The notes beneath the pieces were generated by a model that worked only from the letters and a program-made list of their open reading frames with translations, did not search any database and had not been told where the DNA came from. Of a stretch of DNA of 64,000 nucleotides, positions 11,801-20,802 are shown piece after piece. This DNA comes from a virus, in IMG/VR virus record IMGVR_UViG_3300032607_000125, positions 32,001-96,000 of that record. The stretch is one strand, 5' to 3'. Positions within the stretch are counted from its first letter, which is position 1; each line of letters starts with the position of its first letter. Both the position numbers and the translations under genes were made by a program.

Positions 11801-13396
11801 GTAAACACAATAAATTTAATTGGACAAGCGCCAAGAGCACTTTTGCTAGGCGCATCTACGGTTTCAATAGCAAGCGCAACACCTCTTAGTTTAACCACAA
11901 CGGGATCAACGCTTAATGCAGGGACATCCACAATTAGTTTAACTAATGCAGCTCCAGCATTTACAGGTGCTGGATTTACATATTACAACGTAACTTATAC
12001 GGTAGCAAACACAACAGGACTTAACGTAACCGGCGCAAACACGTTTAACAATCTGACATTTACGGGTGGAACTACTGGAGTCAAGATAGTATCGTTTGCA
12101 GCAGATCAAACATTTACAGGTGCATTAACTACAACTGGTACAACCGCTATTGCACGTATTACAGTAAGCTCAGATATTGTGGGTACAGCTCGCACGTTCA
12201 CAACTAACAGCACAGCGTCTATCTCAGACATAGACTTCCAAGACATTGCAGTAGTTGGCACAGCAGCGCCTATTTCGGGGACTCGCTTAGGTGATCTTGG
12301 AGGAAACTCTGGTATTACCTTGACAGCTAAAACGGTTTACTGGAACTTAGCTGGTGCTCAAAACTGGAATGCTACTGGGTGGGCTGCTACATCGGGTGGG
12401 TCACCTGCAATATCTAATTTCCCACTAGCGCAAGATATTGCCGTCTTTGATAATACGGGGTCAGTGACAGGCACTATTGCTTTTGTCACGGGTTACGCAT
12501 ACCCCACCATAGATATGCGTGCCAGAACCGCGGCAATGACCTTGGCTACCGTAGCATCAGCTATTTATGGTGACTGGATAAACGGTTCTGGCACAACATT
12601 ATCTGGTACAGCTACTCTGACGTTTGCCAAGCGTGGAACTCAGACTATTACTCCTGCTGGTAAACCCTTTACGCAGTCTATTAACATAAACTCTATTAAT
12701 GGAACAGTAAGGCTGTTAGCAGACACTGTTAGCAACCGCACTGGGGCAGGCGCAATCGTACTGACTAACGGCACGTTAGATTTAAACGGGTACACCCTGT
12801 ACCAAAATTCAACAGGTGGTAGTTTTATTACTGCGGCGGGAACTAAGACACTACTGTTCAACGGCGGTACTGTTTCAATATTTTCAGCATTAACAATAGG
12901 CTTTAACAACGCAGCGCCTACAGGTCTTACAGTATTAGCTGGTTCTGCGCCGGGGACAATTGTTTGTACCTTCGGCACTACAACTTTTGCTGGGGGAGGC
13001 TCAGTTTGGCCTTGTACGCTTAGAAAAACAGCTAGTGGTACTTTTACAATTACAGGCAATAATACATTTTTAGGTATAGATAGTACTTATATAGGCGCAT
13101 CAACAATTGCCCTTGGATCAACAATTCAAACAGTTGGCACATGGACAGCAGCGGGTACAGCAGGTAACTTGTTAACCGTATCAGGAGCTTCCGCAGCAGC
13201 ACCTGCATATCTTGTTTTAACTGGCGTTAGTCCTGTCAATGTTGACTACTTAAATATCAGTAACGTACGCGTTACACCACTTTCTAATAAGTGGTACGCC
13301 GGAGCTAATTCTATCAACAATGGATCGCTGGGTTGGATATTCACTACTGCTGTAATAGTAGCATCGGTCGTTTCAACATTCTTCTTAATGTTTTAA
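8813..13396 (+). CDS. Very large repetitive adhesin / receptor-binding-like protein (predicted beta-solenoid)
   Basis: 1527 aa, Gly/Thr/Ser/Ala-rich. Two RYWVGG..W..TSGG..G.S.P...D..IFD caps and three VYWNLAGAQNW.A.GWAATSGG.P...FPL.QD.AVFDN.GSVTG modules. Confidence 0.7.
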   Translation: MADRYWVGGAGTWDTTTTTGWSATSGGAGGASAPTSADNAIFDANSGLTVGLSVTITGGVCANLTYTPATAMTIGRVNFVIVSSLTVAGTFSTSGTAGNNRLRIKSLTLGIATSFVVATAGSISDIDFYEIIVSGAAAPISGTRLGNVVSVQGVTFAAPKNVYWNLAGAQNWSANGWAATSGGTPNTDYFPLVQDTAVFDNAGSVTGSIAMDTAAFQYFGNVDMSARTSAMTLTSSGGIFLFGNWTNGSGTGVSSLSAMQWYGRGTQTLISAGKTWPSVFIVLSYGGTFALGDALNIGANALTVTSGNFVTNGYAVTASQISSNTAGPRSISLGSSTVTLSSTGTPIILSTNNGLAFNAETSTIIFTATSLTSIDIGYAYYNVTLPNYNTILTLTSSNTFNNLIFSIVINSLVLQADQIINGNLSLYGSTSTSNRTTIKSNTPGTNRNITINSAVTLTDIDFQDIIIAGIASPISGTRLGDVGNNLGITFTSKTVYWNLAGAQNWSANGWAATSGGTPSVVNFPLTQDTAVFDNVGSVTGIISINADYTLPTIDMSARTTAMTLSSTVAARVYGDWINGSGITLSGTGILTFSKRTGTQTITSAGKTFTCGITVNTLTGTVQLEGALSSNASAGLTITSGTFNAVSYNVTTNAVQSGGTITRTINMGSGLWTHSSSGGVWNVIATGLTINQGTADILLSNTQTTAKTFAGAGFSYNKLTIGGSGISTTTFSGANTFTELASTKTVAHTVALSTTAQTFGKWTITGTVGNVVTVTGAGSHIIAGPRVAGVDYLALGTTSFVYTSSGEFYAGVNSTGTGVGVILTAAPAAVTRYWVGGTGVLDITTTTNWSDTSGGVGGFSVPVSVDTVIFDTLSSSTAYTVTFTPVGNSNFRFSSLTMGAPMSGNITWAGTALITAHSAINLTGGSSRITRTYTGNILLGGASTGTLTTNGVSLASTSGITCTGIGSSWSLESALTLATSPLTISRGSFDTAGYALTVNTINLIGQAPRALLLGASTVSIASATPLSLTTTGSTLNAGTSTISLTNAAPAFTGAGFTYYNVTYTVANTTGLNVTGANTFNNLTFTGGTTGVKIVSFAADQTFTGALTTTGTTAIARITVSSDIVGTARTFTTNSTASISDIDFQDIAVVGTAAPISGTRLGDLGGNSGITLTAKTVYWNLAGAQNWNATGWAATSGGSPAISNFPLAQDIAVFDNTGSVTGTIAFVTGYAYPTIDMRARTAAMTLATVASAIYGDWINGSGTTLSGTATLTFAKRGTQTITPAGKPFTQSININSINGTVRLLADTVSNRTGAGAIVLTNGTLDLNGYTLYQNSTGGSFITAAGTKTLLFNGGTVSIFSALTIGFNNAAPTGLTVLAGSAPGTIVCTFGTTTFAGGGSVWPCTLRKTASGTFTITGNNTFLGIDSTYIGASTIALGSTIQTVGTWTAAGTAGNLLTVSGASAAAPAYLVLTGVSPVNVDYLNISNVRVTPLSNKWYAGANSINNGSLGWIFTTAVIVASVVSTFFLMF
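9314..9351 (+). repeat. 38-nt exact direct repeat, copy 1 (copy 2 at 10313-10350; diverged third copy near 12350)
   Basis: ggcgcgcaaaactggtcagctaacggctgggcagctac occurs at 9314 and 10313, 999 nt apart. Confidence 0.85.
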
Positions 13397-13400
13397 GATT

Positions 13401-13408
13401 TATAAATA
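13401..13408 (+). promoter_or_regulatory. T4-type late promoter
   Basis: Exact TATAAATA 20 nt before the gp13 ATG; AGGAG RBS. Confidence 0.85.
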
Positions 13409-13427
13409 GATTATAATAGGAGAAGAC

Positions 13428-14168
13428 ATGGCCGTAACATCAAGATCTAGTTTAATAACATATTGCTTAAGAGCTCTTGGCGAGCCCGTTGTCGAAATTA
13501 ATATTGATGAAGGCCAAGTTGAAGATCGTGTAGACGAAGCAATTGAATACTTTCGACAGTACCACTTTGACGGTATTGAAAAAGTATATCTAAAGCACGA
13601 AATTACTCAAGAAAATATTGATAACAAATACATTGAAGTCCCCGATCTAATCTATGGTATCACTAAGGTATATCCAATCGCATCTGGAACTTCTACATCA
13701 AAGTCTATCTTTGACTTACAATATCAATTGCGGTTAAACGATCTATATGATCTAACATCTACGTCAGTAATGTATTACACTCAAGTAATGAGTCACCTAG
13801 CATTACTTGATTTAACACTTAATGGTCATCCACTGTATCGGTTTAACCGATTAAGTAATAAGCTTTATATTGACATGGCGTGGAAAGAAAAGATGGGTCT
13901 TGGTAACTTTATTCTAGTTGAGTGTTATCGAGCGATGGATCCAGAAACTGCGACTAGAATGTACAATGAAACTTGGCTTAAGCACTATACTACCGCATTG
14001 ATTAAGAAACAGTGGGCAATCAATCTTAAGAAATTCTCTGGCATGCAATTACCAGGTGGAGTATCAATCGATGGGCCTGCACTATATGCGGAAGCTATGA
14101 CAGAGATTAAAGACCTTGAAGATGAGATGCTGAATAAATCGGCACCCCTCGAATTTTTTCTTGGCTGA
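13428..14168 (+). CDS. gp13: Neck protein gp13
   Basis: L..YCLRALG.PVVEIN....QVEDR..EAI.YF..YHFDG...Y.TALIK.QW..NL.KF.G.QLPGGV; synteny with gp14 and gp15. Confidence 0.92.
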   Translation: MAVTSRSSLITYCLRALGEPVVEINIDEGQVEDRVDEAIEYFRQYHFDGIEKVYLKHEITQENIDNKYIEVPDLIYGITKVYPIASGTSTSKSIFDLQYQLRLNDLYDLTSTSVMYYTQVMSHLALLDLTLNGHPLYRFNRLSNKLYIDMAWKEKMGLGNFILVECYRAMDPETATRMYNETWLKHYTTALIKKQWAINLKKFSGMQLPGGVSIDGPALYAEAMTEIKDLEDEMLNKSAPLEFFLG

Positions 14169-14172
14169 AATT

Positions 14173-14772
14173 ATGGATAAGTATCAAAAATGGTATAACG
14201 CTCTAATAGATAATGCTAAAAAAAGAGCATGGGTAAAAAAGACTGCGCCATGCTATGTTGAAAGACACCACATTATTCCAAAATCTCTAGGTGGATCAAA
14301 TGATTCTAATAATTTAGTTTTTCTAACAGCAAGAGAACATTGTGTAGCGCATTTGATGTTGTGCAGATTTGGCAATAAGAATCAAATGATTAATGCTTTG
14401 CAAAGATTTATGTCATCAAATAAAACGGTATCTAGCATTTTATATGAAAGTTGTAAAAAACAATTTTCTATTATGATAAGCGAAAGATTAAAAGGCAATA
14501 AACATAGATTAGGTAAAATCGATTCTATAGAAACTCGTAAAAAGAAAAGTGTGCTTGGAAAGGGTGGTACTTGGAAAAGAACTGATGAACATAGAAGACA
14601 ATGTTCTGAAAGAGCTACTAAGAGAGCATACGAAAACAATCCTATGAATAGTGAAGAATCTAGAAAAAAAGTTGCTTTAAGTAAAATTGGTAGAAAGAAA
14701 TATATCAATCAATTAACTGGAGAAAGTAAAATGTTTTTACCTGGAACAGAGTTAATAGGTTGGAGTCGTTAA
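14173..14772 (+). mobile_element. Free-standing HNH homing endonuclease (ORF track starts at TTG 14161; ATG 14173 preferred)
   Basis: ERHHIIPKSLGGSND..NLV.LTAREH.VAH.ML HNH motif; basic NUMOD3-like C-terminus (H..GK..S.ETRKK.S); sits between gp13 and gp14. Confidence 0.88.
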
Positions 14773-14773
14773 T

Positions 14774-15421
14774 ATGCCAAATGTATATTTTTCACATGGT
14801 ACTCGTAATGAACAGTATCTTCTAGAAGATCTAATCGTAGAGTCTATCTCTATCTGGGGCCAGGAATTCTATTATATTCCTAGAACACTAGTTGCTAAAG
14901 ACGAGATCCTTGGCGAAGATCGCCTATCTAAATTTAAAAGCGCGTATCCAATTGATATGTACTTAGAATCAGTTGACGGGTTTGAAGGTCAGGGCGCATT
15001 CATTCAAAAGTTTGGTCTAATGATGGAACAATCTGCGACACTAACTGTCGCTCGTCGCACATGGGAAAGAGTAGTTGGAAAACATGGAAGCACTATACTT
15101 CCAAACAGACCATGTGAAGGCGATCTATTATACTTTCCGCTGACTAAAGGTCTATTTGAAATTAAGTTTGTTGATCATCAGGATCCATTCTATCAACTGA
15201 AGAAGCTTTATGTTTATAAGCTTCAGGTGGAACTATTTCAGTATGCTTCTGAGAAGATGGAAACTGGAATTCCAGCGATTGACATATTTGAAACTCTTAA
15301 GACTATGGATACTACACTACAACCTAACATTGATGTTGTAGATTCATATGGCGATAACAATAAGTTTAAAGCTGAAGCAACTGCCGTAGTCTTTGACACA
15401 AACAATCCATTCGGCGAATAA
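14774..15421 (+). CDS. gp14: Neck protein gp14
   Basis: EQ.LLEDL..ESI.I.G....YIPR.LV..D..LGED..SKF..AY..DMY.E..DGFEG...NPFGE. Confidence 0.92.
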   Translation: MPNVYFSHGTRNEQYLLEDLIVESISIWGQEFYYIPRTLVAKDEILGEDRLSKFKSAYPIDMYLESVDGFEGQGAFIQKFGLMMEQSATLTVARRTWERVVGKHGSTILPNRPCEGDLLYFPLTKGLFEIKFVDHQDPFYQLKKLYVYKLQVELFQYASEKMETGIPAIDIFETLKTMDTTLQPNIDVVDSYGDNNKFKAEATAVVFDTNNPFGE

Positions 15422-15422
15422 T

Positions 15423-16157
15423 ATGTTAAATAACAATATTTTCTATCATGCAATTACGCGTAAAGTTATAGTTGCATTTGGCAGTTTGTTTAGTGACATC
15501 CGTATTGAACGTAAAAAAGATGGTGATGTAGTTCAAACATTAGCAGTCCCAGTTGCATATGCACCAAAGGAAAAATGGCTTATCCGCATTGAACAAGATC
15601 CAATGCTAGAGAATCATACTTATACTACACTTCCAAGGTTATCATTTGAAATAACTGGACTAAACTATGATGCTTCACGCAAGACAAATAGAATGAGTCA
15701 TATTGCAGTCAATGATGCAAATGGAAATAATAGTAAATTATATGCTCCAGTTCCATACAATATAGACATATCGCTATATGCTTTGACAAAGACTCAAGAA
15801 GATGGATTACAAATCATTGAACAGATTCTTCCATACTTTACACCAGAATATACATTATCACTTAATGCTATTCCCAATAGCGATATTATAATGGATGTGC
15901 CAATTATTTTAGATAGCGTATCAATACAAGATGATTATGATGGTGATTTTGCAACTAGAAGATTTGTTACTTACACTATGAATTTTACTTTGAAGTGTAA
16001 CTTCTATGGTCCATTGACTGAAGGTAAGCTTATTACTAAGACATTCGTTGATCTTAATACTATCAATCTTACTCTTGATGCACTAGTTGCCAACAACGAT
16101 GGTGTTGGCAATCCAATAGATGGATCCAAAACTAATGTATGGACTGAAAAACCATAG
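15423..16157 (+). CDS. gp15: Tail terminator / sheath stabiliser gp15 (ATG 15423 preferred)
   Basis: FYH..TRK..VAFG.LF.DI...VP.AYAPKEK...TLPR.SFEI....YD..RK...PVPYN..ILPYF.P motifs. Confidence 0.92.
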   Translation: MLNNNIFYHAITRKVIVAFGSLFSDIRIERKKDGDVVQTLAVPVAYAPKEKWLIRIEQDPMLENHTYTTLPRLSFEITGLNYDASRKTNRMSHIAVNDANGNNSKLYAPVPYNIDISLYALTKTQEDGLQIIEQILPYFTPEYTLSLNAIPNSDIIMDVPIILDSVSIQDDYDGDFATRRFVTYTMNFTLKCNFYGPLTEGKLITKTFVDLNTINLTLDALVANNDGVGNPIDGSKTNVWTEKP

Positions 16158-16173
16158 TACTATTATACCATAC

Positions 16174-17766
16174 ATGACAGAAAACCTAAAATCTTATAAT
16201 TCTAATTCGGGACTTAAAGCGGCAGGCCAAATTATTGGCTTTAGTAAAGAACAACTTCAAGAATATTTGAAGTGCGCTGAAGATCCAATTTATTTTATCA
16301 ATAATTATTGCATGATCGTATCACTCGATCAAGGCTTAATTCCATTTAAATTATACCCGTGTCAAGTAAATAAGATAAACATCATCCATAATAATCGTAA
16401 GGTTATTCTAATGGAAGGTCGTCAGCAAGGTAAGACTACATCTTCAGCAGCATACATCCTTTGGTACACTATATTTCAAACTAGTAAGACAGTAGCTATC
16501 CTTGCGAATAAAGCAACCGCAGCTCGTGAGGTATTAAATCGTTACCAATTAATGTATGAAAATCTTCCACTTTGGATGCAACAGGGTGTTACCACATGGA
16601 ACAAAGGCGATATCGAATTAGAGAATGGTTCTAAAGTATTCACTGCTGCAACATCAGCATCTGGTATTCGTGGTAAGTCTGTTAACATGTTGTATGTTGA
16701 CGAAACTGCGATCATCCCAAACACTGTTGCCGATCAGTTCTTTGCTTCAGTATACCCAACAATTTCAGCCGGTGATACTACGAAGATCTTATTAAGTTCT
16801 ACTCCTTTGGGATATAACCACTTTTGGAAATTCTGGAACGATGCAGAGAATGACCGCAATGGGTTCGTTCCATTGTTTATTCCATATACAGATATTCCAG
16901 GTAGAGACGCAGCATGGGCTAATGAACAACATAGATTACTCGGTGATCTTAAATTTAATCAAGAAGTATTATGTACTTTCCTTGGTTCAAGTTTAACATT
17001 GATTGGTTCAAACACAATCTCACAAATGTCTCCGGGAAGAATAATATATAGTAAAGACGGATTTGATGTCTATGAAAAACCGATGGTTGGTTGCGTATAT
17101 GCACTGGTTGCAGACACCGCAAAAGGCGTTGGTGGAGATTATTCTGCATTCGTAGTTATAGATATGACAGAACTTCCATATAGACTAGTTGCCAAGTATA
17201 AAGACAATAGGATTAGTCCTATGTTGTATCCTTCGATTATAAATAAAGTTGGAAAAGAATATAATACTGCATACGTTCTTATTGAGATTAACTCTTCAGA
17301 ACAAGTTGCTGATATTCTATACAGCGAATATGAATATGACAATGTTGTTATGGTCAATAGAAGTGGCGATGGACAGACAATATCGGGTGGCTTTGGTGGC
17401 GGAAAAACTCAATTGGGGGTTATAACCGACAAGAGAGTCAAACGAATTGGATGTTCTAATTTTAAAGCTCTCGTTGAAGAAAAACGATTATTGATTCCCG
17501 ATGCCGATGTTATATCTGAAATTTCTACATTTATTCAAGTAAAGAATAGTTATGAAGCAGATGAAGGTTATCATGATGATCTAGTTATGCCTTTAGTATT
17601 GTTTTCGTGGGCAACTAGTAGTCAATACTTTAAGGATCTTAGTAATATCAACATTAGACAAGTGATGTATGAAAACCAAATGAAACAAATTGAATCGGAC
17701 TTAACTCCATTTGGTTTTCTAGATGATGGACAAACAAGAGAAGATGGCCTAATGGCTAACTTCTAA
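16174..17766 (+). CDS. gp17: Terminase large subunit gp17 (ATG 16174 preferred)
   Basis: Walker A region GRQQGKT, ILANK...ARE, Walker B LYVDE.A, STP.G.NHF, nuclease DT.KG.GGDYS and HDD.VM. Confidence 0.97.
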   Translation: MTENLKSYNSNSGLKAAGQIIGFSKEQLQEYLKCAEDPIYFINNYCMIVSLDQGLIPFKLYPCQVNKINIIHNNRKVILMEGRQQGKTTSSAAYILWYTIFQTSKTVAILANKATAAREVLNRYQLMYENLPLWMQQGVTTWNKGDIELENGSKVFTAATSASGIRGKSVNMLYVDETAIIPNTVADQFFASVYPTISAGDTTKILLSSTPLGYNHFWKFWNDAENDRNGFVPLFIPYTDIPGRDAAWANEQHRLLGDLKFNQEVLCTFLGSSLTLIGSNTISQMSPGRIIYSKDGFDVYEKPMVGCVYALVADTAKGVGGDYSAFVVIDMTELPYRLVAKYKDNRISPMLYPSIINKVGKEYNTAYVLIEINSSEQVADILYSEYEYDNVVMVNRSGDGQTISGGFGGGKTQLGVITDKRVKRIGCSNFKALVEEKRLLIPDADVISEISTFIQVKNSYEADEGYHDDLVMPLVLFSWATSSQYFKDLSNINIRQVMYENQMKQIESDLTPFGFLDDGQTREDGLMANF

Positions 17767-17777
17767 AATCGACTATA

Positions 17778-17785
17778 TATAAATA
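17778..17785 (+). promoter_or_regulatory. T4-type late promoter
   Basis: Exact TATAAATA upstream of gp18; AAGGAG RBS. Confidence 0.85.
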
Positions 17786-17833
17786 AAGATAGACAAAGTT
17801 CTAATTTATTAATAACTCTCAAGGAGAATCGCA

Positions 17834-20125
17834 ATGCCTTTCGCACTATCTCCAGGCGTAACAATTGTTGAGAAAGACTTCTCATCTATTATTCCTGCTG
17901 TTTCAACTTCCGCTGGCGCGTTCGCTGGCGTGTTTTCATGGGGACCAGTGGCAGAGCCAACGACTGTTTCTTCTGAGGATGTACTAGTACAATCATTCGG
18001 AAAACCAAATGATTCAAACTATCAATCGTTTTTCTCTGCCGCTAACTTTTTATCATATACAAACAATCTAATTGTTAACCGTACTGATACTTCTGATCTA
18101 CGCAATGCTGTTTCGGCTGCTGGTGGTGAAGTTTTAGATGTAACGTTTTCAACTAAGGGTTCTGGTTATAAAATTGGTCATGCTCCTACCGTAACGTTCT
18201 CTGCGCCAGAAACTGCTGGTGGAACTACAGCTGTTGGCACTATCGTTCTTAGTGGCGGTATTGTTACTGGTTTTACTATTGTTGGCGGCGGCGGTTATAT
18301 AACTGCTCCTACTGTTACTATTAGTGCTCCTGAAATTGAAGGTGGCCAAACTGCAGTAGCTACTGCAGTTCTTAGTGGTGGTGTTGTTACTGCAATTAAC
18401 TTGACTTCTGGTTACACCGGTTCAGGTTATCTTAATGCTCCTACTATTACTATTAGTGCAGCTCCAGCAGGTGGAACTACTGCGACTGCGACTGCGACTG
18501 TTGCAACTTCTAGCATTAGCAAAATTAGTCTTACTACTGGTGGTTCTGGTTACGTTGCAGTTCCTACTGTTACTATCGTAGCAAATAACACTGGTACTGT
18601 TGGCGCTGTAGTTGCTCCTACTGGTGTAACGGCAGTTTTATCATCTTCTACAGGTGTTAAGATTAGAAACACTGCCGACTACGTTGCCAACTTCCGCGAC
18701 TTCCAGCAATCAGTGTATGGTATGTTTGCCGCTAGATATCCAGGTACTCTTGGTAATGGCATTCAAATCGTATTAGTTGATAATAGCGTATACACTTGGG
18801 CTTTAGCAAATCCAACTAGTTATATTAGTGGTACGACTGTAAGAGCTTCTGTTATTACTAGTAGCTTTGCTGGTGCGCCAGGAACTAGCACTGCTGCAGC
18901 ACTAAAAGGTATCATTAATGACGAACTTCACGTTTTAGTATTAGATACTCCTCGTGGAACTTGGTCTGGTGTACCTAATACTACTCTTGAAAAGTATTCA
19001 TACCTTTCAAAGATTAAAGGTGTTACTCGTAGTGATGGCACAAATGTTTACTTCCGTGATGCAATCAATAGTGGATCTAGATATGTTTGGGTTCTAAACA
19101 CTCCAAGCGTAGTTCTAATCAATGATCCGCAGAATGCAGATTGGAATCAAAGCATTGATTCGATTCTTCAAGCAACCAATCTTCGCGACTTAAAACCTAC
19201 TGCAGTGGCAACAGTGCTAGCTGGTGGTGTAGATGACTTTGTTGCAACCGACGGTGAAACACAAGCAGCATTCTTACAGTTCACTAATACTGATTTGTAT
19301 GATATCTCTCTTGTCGTATCAGGCGATGTTAGCGCAGTAACTGCAAACGTTCTAATTAATAGTTTGGCTGAAATCCGCAAAGACTGTGTAGTGTTTATCT
19401 CTCCACGAAATGCTGATGGTTCTCCAATTACTATTTCTACTAGTGCAGTAACAAGTATCCAAGCGTTTAAATCGACGTTGACTAATAGTACTTATGCAGT
19501 TCTAGACACTGGTTGCAAATATCAATATGATCGTTACAATGATGTATATCGTTGGATTCCATTGAATGCAGACATCGCCGGTCTGTGCGCTCGCACTGAC
19601 TATACGACTGACGCATGGTTCTCTCCAGGTGGTTTCACTCGTGGACAAGTAAAGAATGTAGTTAAGTTAGGTTTCAATCCTGGCCCTACTGATCGCGATA
19701 ATCTTTACAAAGAAAGCGTAAATCCAGTCGTAACATTCCCAGGTCAAGGTACAATCCTTTACGGTGATAAAACATTCTGGGCTAAACCAAGTGCTTTTGA
19801 TCGTATCAACGTACGTCGTCTATTCATTGTGTTGGAAAAAGCAGTTGCAACAGCAGCTAAATACCAACTATTCGAGTTTAACGATGACTTCACTCGTGCT
19901 CAATTCCGCAATCTAGTGGAACCGTTCCTACGAAATGTTCAAGGCCGTCGTGGTATTATCGACTTCCGTGTTAAGTGTGACAATAGTAATAACACAGGCG
20001 AAGTGATTGATCGTAATGAGTTTGTTGCAAGTATCTTCATCAAACCAAATCGTTCTATTAACTTCATCACGCTAAACTTCGTAGCCGCTCGTTCAAGTGT
20101 AAGCTTCGACGAAATCGGCGGTTAA
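17834..20125 (+). CDS. gp18: Tail sheath gp18 with inserted repeat domain
   Basis: SPGV...EKDFS, FSWGP, C-terminal WFSP.G..RG, RD.LY...NP, DKT...AFDRINVRRLF, IKP.RSINFI.LNF. Confidence 0.96.
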   Translation: MPFALSPGVTIVEKDFSSIIPAVSTSAGAFAGVFSWGPVAEPTTVSSEDVLVQSFGKPNDSNYQSFFSAANFLSYTNNLIVNRTDTSDLRNAVSAAGGEVLDVTFSTKGSGYKIGHAPTVTFSAPETAGGTTAVGTIVLSGGIVTGFTIVGGGGYITAPTVTISAPEIEGGQTAVATAVLSGGVVTAINLTSGYTGSGYLNAPTITISAAPAGGTTATATATVATSSISKISLTTGGSGYVAVPTVTIVANNTGTVGAVVAPTGVTAVLSSSTGVKIRNTADYVANFRDFQQSVYGMFAARYPGTLGNGIQIVLVDNSVYTWALANPTSYISGTTVRASVITSSFAGAPGTSTAAALKGIINDELHVLVLDTPRGTWSGVPNTTLEKYSYLSKIKGVTRSDGTNVYFRDAINSGSRYVWVLNTPSVVLINDPQNADWNQSIDSILQATNLRDLKPTAVATVLAGGVDDFVATDGETQAAFLQFTNTDLYDISLVVSGDVSAVTANVLINSLAEIRKDCVVFISPRNADGSPITISTSAVTSIQAFKSTLTNSTYAVLDTGCKYQYDRYNDVYRWIPLNADIAGLCARTDYTTDAWFSPGGFTRGQVKNVVKLGFNPGPTDRDNLYKESVNPVVTFPGQGTILYGDKTFWAKPSAFDRINVRRLFIVLEKAVATAAKYQLFEFNDDFTRAQFRNLVEPFLRNVQGRRGIIDFRVKCDNSNNTGEVIDRNEFVASIFIKPNRSINFITLNFVAARSSVSFDEIGG

Positions 20126-20132
20126 TTTAAAA

Positions 20133-20154
20133 GGGGGAGATTAACCTCTCTCCC
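20133..20154 (+). terminator. Hairpin / possible terminator between gp18 and gp19
   Basis: GGGGGAGA-TTAACC-TCTCTCCC stem with one G.U pair; weak U tract; AATAAATA late-promoter variant directly after (20160-20167). Confidence 0.5.
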
Positions 20155-20189
20155 GTTTGAATAAATAAAAGAATAAAGGAGTCATTCAG

Positions 20190-20786
20190 ATGGCAAACAT
20201 TTCAGATTTTAAAGCACAACTTACTGGTGGCGGTGCTCGCGCCAACCAGTTTAGAGTTCAGTTGGCTTTCCCTACGTTTGTAAACCTTGGCGCAGTTGCT
20301 GGTGTACAAGCTCAGTTCTTATGCAACACAGCACAATTACCAGCATCGACTATTGAACCTATCTCTGTACTATATAGAGGTCGTCCAGTAAATTTTGCAG
20401 GTGAACGTACGTTTGCACCTTGGACTGTTTCAATCTATAACGATACGAACTTTAATATTCGTAACGCACTAGAACAATGGTCTAATGGCATTCAGAACAA
20501 TGCAGCAACAACTGGTATTGTCAATCCATTAAATTATCAAGTTGACTTAGCTGTATATCAATTGGATCGCAATGGCGCTACAATTAAAACATACAACTTT
20601 GTTGATGCATTTCCTTCTGAAGTTGGTGATATCCAACTAGGATACGATCAAGGTAACGCGATTGAAACGTTTAACGTGACATTCCAGTATAACTTCTGGA
20701 CATCAGACACTTCAACCGGCGGTGCTGCTGGTGGATTTGGAGTTAGCGGAACAATTAACACCCCAGTCGGTTCATTCCCTATTTAA
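20190..20786 (+). CDS. gp19: Tail tube gp19
   Basis: I.DFKA.L.GGGAR.NQF.V...LPAS.I..I...YRGR....AGERTF..WT..YND..F.IR...E.W. Confidence 0.96.
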   Translation: MANISDFKAQLTGGGARANQFRVQLAFPTFVNLGAVAGVQAQFLCNTAQLPASTIEPISVLYRGRPVNFAGERTFAPWTVSIYNDTNFNIRNALEQWSNGIQNNAATTGIVNPLNYQVDLAVYQLDRNGATIKTYNFVDAFPSEVGDIQLGYDQGNAIETFNVTFQYNFWTSDTSTGGAAGGFGVSGTINTPVGSFPI

Positions 20787-20802
20787 TTAAAAGCGATATA
20801 TA

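Noticed and set aside
9299-12420. Diversity-generating retroelement TR/VR pair in the adhesin
   Set aside because: Differences between repeat copies are mostly synonymous and not confined to adenines, all copies lie inside the CDS, and there is no reverse transcriptase in the window.
233-13059. Many minus-strand ORFs over the fibre genes (e.g. 2172-2570, 6555-7229, 11233-11931)
   Set aside because: They are antisense shadows of Thr/Gly/Ala-rich genes (Val/Pro/Ala-rich, no RBS, no family motifs). The same applies to the minus-strand ORFs over the core genes.
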